The notes under the pieces: model-generated | What the model saw: the letters and a program-made list of their open reading frames with translations, nothing else | What the model was told of the DNA's origin: nothing | Database searches by the model: none | From: Natrialbaceae archaeon | GTDB taxonomy: Archaea; Halobacteriota; Halobacteria; Halobacteriales; Natrialbaceae | Assembly (NCBI GenBank): GCA_035269625.1 | Contig: DATFIX010000311.1 | Span: 1-44,193 of the forward strand | DNA length: 44,193 bases | Direction of reading: 5' to 3' | Part shown: positions 18,899-28,046 of the stretch, in pieces | Layout: each line of letters starts with the position of its first letter | Numbering within the stretch: the first letter of the stretch is position 1 | Made by a program: the position numbers and the translations under genes

Positions 18899-20649
18899 AG
18901 TAGCCCCGTCAGGATGTCGATCCCGTTGTTCAATCCTTGCCACATCAGGTCCACGACGCCGCCGATACCCCCGACCTCCGGCGCGAGCCACGGCAACACG
19001 ACGAACGGGAAGAGCATGCTCGCGATGAAGCTCCCGATGTTGGTCATCGCGACGACCATGATGAGTTTGAACAACGGTACGTCGAACATCCGGGAGACGA
19101 GGTCGCCGATCGGGCTCTCCTCGTCGCCGAGAATCTCGTTGAGTCTGGCGATGTCGGCCACGTTCACCGATTCGTACCGGAGTTCGACGTAGCCGGCGAA
19201 CCAGCCCGGTGCCAGCAGCGGGTTGAGGCTGGTCAGCCAGGCGACCGCACCACCCACCGCACAGCTACTCCAGTGTGCGCCCGCGAGTTTCGCGAGGCCG
19301 AACGCGAAGACCCCGTTGAACAGGAACCAGGCCCCGAACACCTTGAGCATGAAGGCGTTGCTTGCGCCGCCCAGGAGGAGGAGCAGGAAGAACACGGCGA
19401 ACCCCAGCGTCATCAGGTAGCCGAACAGCTTGTACAGGGAAAAGCGTCCGCTGGAGGCCCGCCCGGTCAGACCCTCCATCGGCGGAAGGCGCTCGGGATG
19501 GTCGAGGTACTCGACGATTCCCTGGCGGTGACCGGCACCGACGACGGCCACGACGTGGTAGCCAGCCTCGCGCAGGGCGTGCAGGCGGTGGGCGATGAAG
19601 GCGTCGCGCTCGTCGATGAGCGCCTCGGCCCCGCCGGGCGAGAAGCGCCGGAACTCCTCCATCATCGCCGTCACGACGTCGGTGTCGGTCAGGGACTCGA
19701 TGTCGAACTCCTCGTCGAGTTCCGCCGGGTCCTCGGCGACCGCGTCGACCGCGAGGCCGACGAGCAGTCCCAGGAGGCCGCCGACCGCCGCGCCGCCGAG
19801 GACGCCGGTGACGCCCCTGAGTGCAAACTGCCCCAGGTTTTCTAGCGTTTCGACGCCCGGCAGCAGGCCGATCGACGGGTCAGTCAGGGCGATCCAGACC
19901 CCGACGGCGACACCGACGACCGCGCCACCGGCCCCTCGCACCCACGTCGAGGTTCCGCCGACGGCGGGGACAAAAAGGGAGCCCGCGAACAGCCCCGCGA
20001 GCGCACCGACGACGACCCCGCCGACGACCGCCAGGGATGTCGTACCGGTAACCCCGAGCGTGGCGATGGTCCCCAGGCCGAGTAGCGGTGCGACCGCGAG
20101 GCCGAGGAGCAACCCGAAGGTCGCACCCACGGAGATACCGAGGGTGACCCCGGCGGTCAGGGGATCGGTGACGCCGAGGGCGAGGCCACCGATCATCCTG
20201 AGCTTTTCGCCGGCCGAAAGCCGCGTCCAGAAGCGCTGCATTGTCGTCTGGATCTCGCGGTCCACGAGGGCGAGCCCCATTCCGTGTTCCTCGGCGGCCT
20301 CGATCCCGGCCTTCATGTCTGCGCCCGGTTCGATGTCGAACTGCTCGCCCAGGCGGGTTTGGACGTACGAGAGCATCCAGTAGGCGATGAACTGGAAGAC
20401 GGTGTTGCCGCGGAGGAGGTCCCTCGAGTCGAGATCGTCCGGCGTCTCGCCCTTGACCTGCCGGTAGCGCCCTTCGTCGAGTTCGACGGCGACGACGTCA
20501 GGACGCTCCTCGTCGATCCGTTCCCGGACCGTCTCGACGCTTTCCGAGGAAACGTGGGCCGTTCCGACGACGGTGACGGATCCCTCGCCGTCGGCGTCGG
20601 GCTCGGGGAGGGGATCCGGCCCCTCGGCCACCTCGGCGGGTTCGGTCAT
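18895..20649 (-). CDS. TraB/PrgY/GumN (Tiki-like) family protein with a large Gly/Ala/Val-rich hydrophobic insertion
   Basis: VTVVGTAHVSSESV (the GTxH motif), IDERDAFIAHRL, VVGAGHRQG, and C-terminal TM helices. ATG at 20649 is preferred over the GTG at 20664. Confidence 0.8.
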   Translation of the reverse strand: MTEPAEVAEGPDPLPEPDADGEGSVTVVGTAHVSSESVETVRERIDEERPDVVAVELDEGRYRQVKGETPDDLDSRDLLRGNTVFQFIAYWMLSYVQTRLGEQFDIEPGADMKAGIEAAEEHGMGLALVDREIQTTMQRFWTRLSAGEKLRMIGGLALGVTDPLTAGVTLGISVGATFGLLLGLAVAPLLGLGTIATLGVTGTTSLAVVGGVVVGALAGLFAGSLFVPAVGGTSTWVRGAGGAVVGVAVGVWIALTDPSIGLLPGVETLENLGQFALRGVTGVLGGAAVGGLLGLLVGLAVDAVAEDPAELDEEFDIESLTDTDVVTAMMEEFRRFSPGGAEALIDERDAFIAHRLHALREAGYHVVAVVGAGHRQGIVEYLDHPERLPPMEGLTGRASSGRFSLYKLFGYLMTLGFAVFFLLLLLGGASNAFMLKVFGAWFLFNGVFAFGLAKLAGAHWSSCAVGGAVAWLTSLNPLLAPGWFAGYVELRYESVNVADIARLNEILGDEESPIGDLVSRMFDVPLFKLIMVVAMTNIGSFIASMLFPFVVLPWLAPEVGGIGGVVDLMWQGLNNGIDILTGLL

Positions 20650-20748
20650 TGAGAATCCTTTCACCCCGCCCGCTTTTACGGTTGTCGGACCCGTCGAGAG
20701 ACCGGGGTAGCTGACAGGAACAGACGGGACTGGGGAATCCGTCGCCCG

Positions 20749-21096
20749 TCAGAGATGCTCCCGTTCCCAGCGATCGTTGACGCCGTATTCCGGCACGCCA
20801 CAGGATCGTTCACCATCGGACCGCCGTTTCAGCCAGCGGGCGTATACGAACGCCCCGGGAAACAGGGCGACCAGCCCGATACCCAGGAGCGAACGGACGA
20901 GAAGCGTTGGAAGAATCCCGGTCATTGCCGGGAATACTGTAGCGAGACCGTAGTAGGCGGGAGCCACGAGGATCAGGGCCGTAGCAAGTCCGCCGGCGCG
21001 GAGCACCGACCTGAGCTGTGAACAGGACAGATCGCCATCATGGTGGCCCCCGTCACCGTCGTCGGCCGGTTCCTCGGCGGCGCGTTGCCCGTTCAT
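20749..21096 (-). CDS. Hypothetical two-TM membrane protein
   Basis: The ORF from MNGQRAAEEPADD has two predicted TM helices. The longer ORF-track version overlaps the divergent promoter region. Confidence 0.5.
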   Translation of the reverse strand: MNGQRAAEEPADDGDGGHHDGDLSCSQLRSVLRAGGLATALILVAPAYYGLATVFPAMTGILPTLLVRSLLGIGLVALFPGAFVYARWLKRRSDGERSCGVPEYGVNDRWEREHL

Positions 21097-21239
21097 CGTT
21101 CCGTCTAGAACGGAAGCGTCCCGACCGGGTGTCGATTGCTTCCCATAGTTTCCCCTTTCAAGACCGACGATGCCGGTCGGCCGAACCGTTCCCCGTTCAC
21201 GGCCGACACTTATCACGCGGGAACTCGGGAGTACAGCGC

Positions 21240-21746
21240 ATGGCCAATCCCGACGACTCGGCAACGCTGATGGACTCGTACACGGAGATGACGGAGATGC
21301 TCCTTCCCAACGACACGAACACGCTGGGCCGGGCACTCGGGGGTGCCGTGCTCCACTGGATGGACCTCGCCGGTGCCATCTCGGCGATGCGCTTTTCCGG
21401 CCTGCAGTGTGTCACGGCCGCGATGGACCACGTGGACTTCATCAGCCCCATCGACGAAGGGGAGGTCGCCATCGTCGAAGCCTACGTCTTCGACACCGGC
21501 CGGACGAGCGTCGACGTCAAGGTCGACGTCCGGGCCGAGGATCCCCGCGAGGGCGAGCCACGGGAAACCACGACCTCGTTTTTTACCTTCGTCGCACTCG
21601 ACGAGGACGGGAGGCCCGCTCCCGTGCCGGACCTCGAAGTGCCGACCGAGAACCAGCGAGCCCTGCGCGACGCCGCCCGCGACCAGCGACTGGACCAGTT
21701 GCGGGACGTGATGGATCGGATGGACGTCGAGTCAGAAGAGGAGTGA
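21240..21746 (+). CDS. Acyl-CoA thioesterase (hotdog fold, YciA/Acot-like)
   Basis: MLLPNDTNTLGRALGGAVLHWMDLAGAISAMRFSG...VTAAMDHVDFISPI...FTFVALDEDGRP. Confidence 0.85.
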   Translation: MANPDDSATLMDSYTEMTEMLLPNDTNTLGRALGGAVLHWMDLAGAISAMRFSGLQCVTAAMDHVDFISPIDEGEVAIVEAYVFDTGRTSVDVKVDVRAEDPREGEPRETTTSFFTFVALDEDGRPAPVPDLEVPTENQRALRDAARDQRLDQLRDVMDRMDVESEEE

Positions 21747-21754
21747 ACCGGCAC

Positions 21755-22813
21755 TCACTCGAAGACGATCCGTTCGTGTTGGGGGTCGATCTCGACCCGG
21801 CCCCCGATCGGGATCGGTGCCGTGGGGTACGTGTGGCCGAACTCGAGGCCGAAAACGATCGGAGCCGCCGGGTTGTACCGGGAAAGGACCCGTTCGATCA
21901 CCTCGCGCTGGCGCTCGCGATACTGCTCTCGCCAGTCGACGGGATGGTCGTACATCTCCTCGTGCGACCGTGCGGCCGGGCGCCCGACGAGCACGCCGTC
22001 GAAGCGTTCGAGCAGACCCCGCTCGCCCAGCGCCTGGAGGTACGATTCCACCGCTCCCGGATGGGGAATCAGTTCCGAGGTTTCCATGGCGAGGATCATC
22101 CCGTCGAGCGCGTCGGGATCCGGGAGATCGACGTCGGCGAGGAATCGGTCGACGAGGACTTCGAAACACCCGCCCCAGACGCGGCCGGAAACGGCCGATC
22201 CGCCGCCGGCCCAGGTCCACCCCGGATTCGGCTCGGTTTCCCTGGGCACGTCCAGCGAGTCGGGGTCGGGCCAGTCGCCGGTCTCGTCGGTGAATTCGTC
22301 GGCTTCGCGAAGTTCCCCAAGGGAGTCCTCGAACAGCGCCCGTTCGAGGAACTCGACGGTATACTCGAACAGCTCGCCGTCCATCGCGTACTCCAGCAGC
22401 GTCGATCCGCCGTAGTAGGAGACGATACCCTGATTCCAGAGCGTCAGGGCGAGGTGAGTGTTGTCAGACCAGCCGTAGAATCGGGTGGGGTTGTCCCGGA
22501 GCACGTCCGGGTCGAGGTGTTCCAGGATCCGCACCTGGTCGTTGCCGCCGATGTTCGCGATCACGGCGGATATCTCTGGATCGCGAAACGCGTCCATGAC
22601 GTCCTCGGCGCGGGCCTCGGGATGCTCGGCCAGCCATTCGGCCGACTTCGTCGCCGTTGGGTACTCTACCGGGTCGAGATCGAAGCGCTCGCGGATTCGT
22701 TCGAGGCCGAGTTCGTAGACGTGGGGAAACTCGTCGGCAGCGTTCGAGGCGGGTGCGGCGATGGCCACGCTATCGCCGCGTTCGACCGGCGGCGGGACCG
22801 TGAATTCTTGCAT
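21755..22813 (-). CDS. S66 peptidase family protein (LD-carboxypeptidase/MccF-like)
   Basis: Nucleophile motif FYGWSDNTHLAL, C-terminal FGLEFGHTYPTAPIPIGG (catalytic His region), and GDSVAIAAPAS at the N-terminus. Confidence 0.8.
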   Translation of the reverse strand: MQEFTVPPPVERGDSVAIAAPASNAADEFPHVYELGLERIRERFDLDPVEYPTATKSAEWLAEHPEARAEDVMDAFRDPEISAVIANIGGNDQVRILEHLDPDVLRDNPTRFYGWSDNTHLALTLWNQGIVSYYGGSTLLEYAMDGELFEYTVEFLERALFEDSLGELREADEFTDETGDWPDPDSLDVPRETEPNPGWTWAGGGSAVSGRVWGGCFEVLVDRFLADVDLPDPDALDGMILAMETSELIPHPGAVESYLQALGERGLLERFDGVLVGRPAARSHEEMYDHPVDWREQYRERQREVIERVLSRYNPAAPIVFGLEFGHTYPTAPIPIGGRVEIDPQHERIVFE

Positions 22814-22928
22814 ACCGATGGCAGTCGGCGGCAGGCACAAAAAGTCAGGGCCGGTGTGTGAGACGGTACCGTTGCCTGTGCCGTCTCGGTGCGCCTTTGG
22901 GGATGCGACGGCAACGATCGGAGGTAGG

Positions 22929-23897
22929 ATGGCAGGTGAACCTTCCCCACCGGACGTACTCGTGACCGGGGCGACGACGGCAGATTTCTATTTCGACGGG
23001 ACGACTGGCGGGACCGTGGGAACGGAGATGGAATGGATTCCCGGGGGGATCGGCACGAGCGTGGCTCGTGCCCTGGCGCTCCTGGACGAACCACCGTTAC
23101 TCGCTACGCGTCTCGGGGACGATAGCTTCGCGACTGCGATCGGTCGCCAGTTGGACGCGTACGACGTTCCGCGGACGCTGGTCACGGAGACGACCGCGGA
23201 CACGCCCCTCCTGTTTTACGTCCCGGAAGCGGCAGGCGGTCCCCGCTGGGAAACGCGGATCGACGGGAGTAGCTTCGGCTTCGATATTCCCGACTGGTCC
23301 GAATCCCTGTTCGCGAACCTGTCGGTCGTGCACCTGACTGGAACCACGCTCCCGCCGGAAATCGGTCTCGACGCGATGCGAACGGCGGTCGAATACGCCA
23401 CGGCCCACGACGTCGACGTCTCGTTCGACACGAACTGCCGCCCGAACCAGTGGTCGGATCTGTCGAAGTACACCGACCTCGCCGCGGAAATGCTGGCGGC
23501 CGCCGACGTCGCGTTTGCGAGCACGGACGACCTGGCACTGGCTGGTTTCGACGAGGGCATCGACGGTTTGCTCGCGGCCCTTCCGGAACGAGCCTCGGCC
23601 ATCGCCTTTCTCACCGAGGGAGGTGACGGTGCGACGGCCGTTCGGGTCGACGACGGTTCGGTGACGGCCCGATACTCCCTCCCGGGATTCGACGTCGACG
23701 TGGTGGATCCCGCGGCGGGTGGTGACGCCTTCGCTAGCGCCGTCCTCGCCGCACTCGGGGACGGGAACACCGATCTCGAAACCCTGGTGGAGGTGGGGAA
23801 CGCCGCCGGGGCCGCGGCCGTAACGTCGATGGGGCCGCTCCGGAAACGAGATATGGAGACCTTCGGGTCCCTTTCCGGAGGGTGGCTATCCGAATGA
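22929..23897 (+). CDS. PfkB family carbohydrate kinase
   Basis: The N-terminal GGIGTSVARALALL and the C-terminal VVDPAAGGDAFASAVLAAL (PfkB signature 2). Start at MAGEPSPPD. Confidence 0.8.
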   Translation: MAGEPSPPDVLVTGATTADFYFDGTTGGTVGTEMEWIPGGIGTSVARALALLDEPPLLATRLGDDSFATAIGRQLDAYDVPRTLVTETTADTPLLFYVPEAAGGPRWETRIDGSSFGFDIPDWSESLFANLSVVHLTGTTLPPEIGLDAMRTAVEYATAHDVDVSFDTNCRPNQWSDLSKYTDLAAEMLAAADVAFASTDDLALAGFDEGIDGLLAALPERASAIAFLTEGGDGATAVRVDDGSVTARYSLPGFDVDVVDPAAGGDAFASAVLAALGDGNTDLETLVEVGNAAGAAAVTSMGPLRKRDMETFGSLSGGWLSE

Positions 23898-23934
23898 GCA
23901 CGGACGGCTGATACCGTCGCGCCGTCCGACTCGG

Positions 23935-24957
23935 TCAGATCCCCTGGACCGTCTCGATGACGTTGGCCGTTTCGAGGAACATCCAGAGCAGGAACAGCAC
24001 GTAGAGGCCGATGAGCGCGTAGGCCTCCAGGTCCGTGAGTTCCAGGTGAGTACGAGTGAAGACGATGAACACGATGGTCGCGAACGCGAGAAAGCCCATC
24101 ATCGGGATGGCCGCGAGGAAGTTGACGGTAGCCGTCCCGGCGATGAGAACGCCAACGGGGATGGCGACCAGGAGGTTGAACGTGTTCGATCCGAGGACGT
24201 TCGTGAGGCTGGTGACGTCGTCGTCCGATTGTGCGGCGCGGACGCTGACGAACGCGTCCGGGAGGCTGGTCGCGGCGGCGATGACGGTCAGGCCCCACAG
24301 GAACGTCGGCGTGTCGAAGATGTCGCCGAACGCGATGGCAACCCGGACGATACCCTCGACGCCGACGGCGATGAGGACGAGTGCGACCCCCAGCAACGCC
24401 CACTCCCGCGAGGGGTCGATGTCGACGGAAGTCGTCGGGACGTGATCCTGGGTATCCTGGTACTGCAGGAAGACGTAGACGCCGTAGGTCAGCAGTGGCA
24501 GAACCGCGAGTGCAGGGGTCAGGATCGCCGCCTCGTTCGTCCCGCCGGGGACGTAGGTCGCGCCGAGTGCGAACGTGATGAACAGGACGAGCACGCTGAT
24601 GATGTAGAACTGGGCGTCCTTGTGGACGATGTCCCGGGTCGCCTCGAGTTCCTCGCTGACGAGTGCGGACAGTGCCGGGATCATGAGCAGGTTGAAGATC
24701 GCACTCCCGACGATGGCACCGACCCCGAGGTCGAACTCGCCGTGCAGGAGGGTGCTGATCACGACGGAACTGAACTCCGGGAAACTCGACCCGACGGCCA
24801 CGACGACGGCCCCGTGAACCGCGACTGGGAGGCCGTAGTGCTTGCTGAGTCGTTCGGCCGACGATTCCAGGCGCTCGCTGCCCTTCCAGATGACGCCGGT
24901 CGCGACGACCGCCAGCCCGAGATAGACGGCGAGTGAATACACAGGGGAAGAGTGCAA
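23935..24957 (-). CDS. Sodium:calcium antiporter (CaCA/YrbG family)
   Basis: Two alpha-repeats (GSSFPEFSSVVISTL, GVGAIVGSAIFNLL, ATSLPDAFVSV, LGSNTFNLL). The start is uncertain: TTG at 24957 or GTG at 24942. Confidence 0.85.
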   Translation of the reverse strand: MHSSPVYSLAVYLGLAVVATGVIWKGSERLESSAERLSKHYGLPVAVHGAVVVAVGSSFPEFSSVVISTLLHGEFDLGVGAIVGSAIFNLLMIPALSALVSEELEATRDIVHKDAQFYIISVLVLFITFALGATYVPGGTNEAAILTPALAVLPLLTYGVYVFLQYQDTQDHVPTTSVDIDPSREWALLGVALVLIAVGVEGIVRVAIAFGDIFDTPTFLWGLTVIAAATSLPDAFVSVRAAQSDDDVTSLTNVLGSNTFNLLVAIPVGVLIAGTATVNFLAAIPMMGFLAFATIVFIVFTRTHLELTDLEAYALIGLYVLFLLWMFLETANVIETVQGI

Positions 24958-25066
24958 CGCAGGATTGAAAAGCGTATCTCAGTCGGATCGACGTGCCAGC
25001 CACCCCTCGGCCGAACGACCGTGCGGTGCCGGGAACGCTTATCTCCTGACACACCGTAATCATCAC

Positions 25067-25672
25067 ATGCAATTACCCGCGTCCTTGCCCGATCCACCGG
25101 ACCTCGAACCGCACGATCCCGACTGGGACGACGAATCGGCCTACGAGTCGGTCGATCACCGCCGCGACGAGATCCAGGCCGTTCTCGAGGACGGAGCCTG
25201 GGAACGCGCCCTGCACGAGTGGGCCGAACACACCGATTGGGACGAGACCGACTTCGAGATCGCCCGCGATCTGGGGTTGTTCGAGGCGCTCGATTTCTCC
25301 TGGGACCCCGACGCCGAGCGAATCGAGTACTACACGCCCGAAGTGCCCGACGATTGGCAGGATCGTGACCTGCACCCTGGGCTGGATTCGTGGGCGGTCG
25401 TCTCGAAGATCGACGCCGGACTGTCGGACCTCGGGCGAGTCGTCAGCGAAGTCCTCCAGGCGGAGTACGTCGACTGGGAGAGCCCGTTCCCCGAGCCCGA
25501 CACCACGGTCACCGACGAACCCGAGGAAGGGTCCGGTGCCAACGGCGAACCCGAACCCGAGTCGGAACTGGTTCACGACCCCTACGCCCGAGAACGCGGT
25601 AACGGCGACGAAATTATCGACGAAGACGAGTTCGAATCCGCGTCCGACGGCGGTTCGTGGACGTTCAGATAG
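25067..25672 (+). CDS. Hypothetical highly acidic protein
   Basis: 201-aa ORF with strong halophilic composition. TATA-like CGCTTATC lies about 30 nt upstream of the ATG. No recognisable domain. Confidence 0.6.
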   Translation: MQLPASLPDPPDLEPHDPDWDDESAYESVDHRRDEIQAVLEDGAWERALHEWAEHTDWDETDFEIARDLGLFEALDFSWDPDAERIEYYTPEVPDDWQDRDLHPGLDSWAVVSKIDAGLSDLGRVVSEVLQAEYVDWESPFPEPDTTVTDEPEEGSGANGEPEPESELVHDPYARERGNGDEIIDEDEFESASDGGSWTFR

Positions 25673-25696
25673 TTCCTTTCGGTCGCAGCAAGGCGA

Positions 25697-26260
25697 CTAC
25701 AGATCGACGCGGGTGGCGGCAAGGTGGAACGTTTCCGGTCGTTCCGCCCCCTCCGTCACGGCAAAGCCCGAATTTTCCAGGGTGTCGCGGGCGTCGGCCA
25801 GCGAAAAGCGTTCGCCGGGTGGCGGTCCAGCCTCGCCAGCCCCGTTCGCACTCCAGTCGACGATCACAAGTCGACCCCCATCGGCGATCGTCCGGGCGAG
25901 TTCGTCGAGGGCGTCGTCACTCACGAATTCGTGGTAGGTCATCGTCGAATAGGCGGCGTCGAAGGCGTCGTCGTCGAACGGGAGGTCGCCGACCTCCGCC
26001 GTCGTCAGTTCGACGCCGTCGGGTATCTCCTTCGCGAGGAAGTACTCGTGCATGGATCGCTGGACGTCGATGGCGTGAACGGTGCCTGCGTATGGGGCGA
26101 CCTCCGTCGTGAAAAATCCGGTTCCGCTCCCCAGGTCCGCGACGACCTCGTCGCCGTCCAGTTCGAGGGGCGCGACGAGTTCCTCGCGGGAGCAGTAGCG
26201 GAACCGCGATGGGTCGTCGAGACCGCTCGCGCCGGACGCGTCGAAGGTGTGTGAGCCCAT
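25697..26260 (-). CDS. Class I SAM-dependent methyltransferase
   Basis: Motif I VADLGSGTGFFT, then LPFDDDAFDAAYS and GGRLVIVDW. Start at MGSHTFD. Confidence 0.8.
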   Translation of the reverse strand: MGSHTFDASGASGLDDPSRFRYCSREELVAPLELDGDEVVADLGSGTGFFTTEVAPYAGTVHAIDVQRSMHEYFLAKEIPDGVELTTAEVGDLPFDDDAFDAAYSTMTYHEFVSDDALDELARTIADGGRLVIVDWSANGAGEAGPPPGERFSLADARDTLENSGFAVTEGAERPETFHLAATRVDL

Positions 26261-26346
26261 AGCCGCCCTTGTCACTCCGGGACTAAAACCCATCGACGAC
26301 GGCAGCACGTCGACGACGGGAAGACCACCGACGAAAGAACGCCGAC

Positions 26347-27492
26347 TCACTTCACCTTGCCGCGACCCTGTACCGACCAGACGGTCTCGACGCGAGCGTC
26401 CCGGACTCCGATCAGGGTGTCGTGGAGGTTGATAGTCGGGCAGACGTGTGGCGGAATGAAAGCGAGTCGATCGCCGACCGACAGCTCACGGTCCAGGTCG
26501 CTTACGTCGAGCCAGCCGTGCTCTTCCGAGGCGTTCACGTACTGGATGGCGTCGTCGTCCTCACCCGCGTACTGGGGGTCGACGTCGAGTTCGAGCGAGA
26601 TGGACTTGCTCCCCGCGTCGACGATCACGCGGTCGTCGGTCGGTGCCGAAATCACGGTCGAGTGCACGGCGAGCGCGCAGTCGCGCTTCTCGATGCCCGG
26701 GAGCGCGGCGAGGTGGGCATCCATGAAGGGATACATTCCCGGGTGGATCTCACTGACGATCGGGTGCGTCCCGCTGTACCGCGCCGTCGCTGTCGATCCG
26801 ACGCCGACGTCCCCGACCTCGATCCCCGCGTCTTCGATGGCCGCGACGGTCTCCGCGAGGTCGTCCATGCAGGCCAGGCTCCGGCGCTCGAGTTCCGCTT
26901 CGGTCGCCGGCGGATCGTCGCCGTAGGCGACGTGGCCCTCGTATCCCATGACGCCGTCGAGACGGACGTTCGGCGCGGCAGCGATTCGCTCGGCCAGTTC
27001 GACGGCCGGTTCCCCGGGCCGAACGCCGACCCGACCGAGTCCCACGTCCACTTCGAGCACGACGTTCACGGTGACGTCGTGGCGGGCGGCGGCCGCCTGC
27101 AACGGGTCGAGGTTGCCGGGCCCGTCGACGGTCGTCGCGAAGTGATCCAGGCGTTCGGACAGCGCGATCAGGCGGTCCAGTTTGCGTTCACCGACGACCA
27201 TGTACGAGAGATAGATGTCGTCGATGCCGGCCGCGGCCATCACCTCCGCCTCGCTCAGCGTCTGGCAGACGATGCCGCCGCCGCCCACCTCGGCCTGCCG
27301 GTGGGCGATCGCCGGGACCTTGTGCGTCTTCGTGTGCGAACGCAACGTCACGTCGTGTTCGTCGGCGAAATCGGCGTAGGCAGCGACGTTGCGATCCATT
27401 ACGTCGAGATCGACGACGACGGCCGGGGTCTCGATCCCGTCGATCGGCGCGCCGAGTTCAGGCTTCAGGTCGGTCGCCGTTGGGGTCGTCAT
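26347..27492 (-). CDS. D-TA/DSD1 family PLP-dependent enzyme (D-threonine aldolase or D-serine dehydratase-like)
   Basis: PAVVVDLDVMDRNV...LRSHTKTHK (the PLP-lysine motif), an alanine racemase-like N-terminal barrel, and a C-terminal ASEEHGWL...PPHVCPT motif. Confidence 0.8.
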   Translation of the reverse strand: MTTPTATDLKPELGAPIDGIETPAVVVDLDVMDRNVAAYADFADEHDVTLRSHTKTHKVPAIAHRQAEVGGGGIVCQTLSEAEVMAAAGIDDIYLSYMVVGERKLDRLIALSERLDHFATTVDGPGNLDPLQAAAARHDVTVNVVLEVDVGLGRVGVRPGEPAVELAERIAAAPNVRLDGVMGYEGHVAYGDDPPATEAELERRSLACMDDLAETVAAIEDAGIEVGDVGVGSTATARYSGTHPIVSEIHPGMYPFMDAHLAALPGIEKRDCALAVHSTVISAPTDDRVIVDAGSKSISLELDVDPQYAGEDDDAIQYVNASEEHGWLDVSDLDRELSVGDRLAFIPPHVCPTINLHDTLIGVRDARVETVWSVQGRGKVK

Positions 27493-27545
27493 GGGTCGAT
27501 CGACGACGCCCGCCACATTAAGCGTCGCCGTGGCGTATCAGGGGC

Positions 27546-28046
27546 ATGAGTGTTTCACCCGACGTCGAGTCGCTCATCGCTGACGCCCCCGTGAGCGCCC
27601 ACGTCGCGACGGCCGTCGACGACCGGCCCCACGTCGCCCCGGTGTGGTACGGGTATCGCGACGACGTGCTGTATTTCCTGACTGGCGGACGAAAACTGGA
27701 GAACCTCCGGCGCAACCCTCGCGTCGCCATCTCGATCGAAGACGCCGACCGGGGCGACGTGAACTGGAACGTGACGCTTCTGGGTCGGGCGACGATCACC
27801 GAGGACCCCGATCGGATCGACTGGGCGTCCGGATGGATATACGACCGGTACGAGAACGACGAGGACAGCGAGATCGAATCTGCGAGCGGAGACCACTCAG
27901 AGGAAGCCGAAGACGATTTCGAGAAAGTCGAGGACGATATGGAGGACGCAGCGGACGATCTCGAAGAAGTCGAGGACGAGTCGGAGAACGGGTATGCGCT
28001 CGTCGAGGTGAAGATCGGGTCCGCGGCGCCCTCCGTCTACGACTGA
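27546..28046 (+). CDS. Pyridoxamine 5'-phosphate oxidase-like (split-barrel flavin/F420-binding) family protein with an acidic insertion
   Basis: HVATAVDDRPHVAPVWYGY...LYFLTGGRKLENLRRNPRVAISIED. An acidic segment of about 45 aa precedes the last strand. Confidence 0.8.
   Translation: MSVSPDVESLIADAPVSAHVATAVDDRPHVAPVWYGYRDDVLYFLTGGRKLENLRRNPRVAISIEDADRGDVNWNVTLLGRATITEDPDRIDWASGWIYDRYENDEDSEIESASGDHSEEAEDDFEKVEDDMEDAADDLEEVEDESENGYALVEVKIGSAAPSVYD

Noticed and set aside
25625-25645. T-loop-like GAGTTCGAATCCGCG.
   Set aside because: It lies inside a coherent acidic CDS (DEDEFESASDGG). No acceptor, D or anticodon arms can be built around it.
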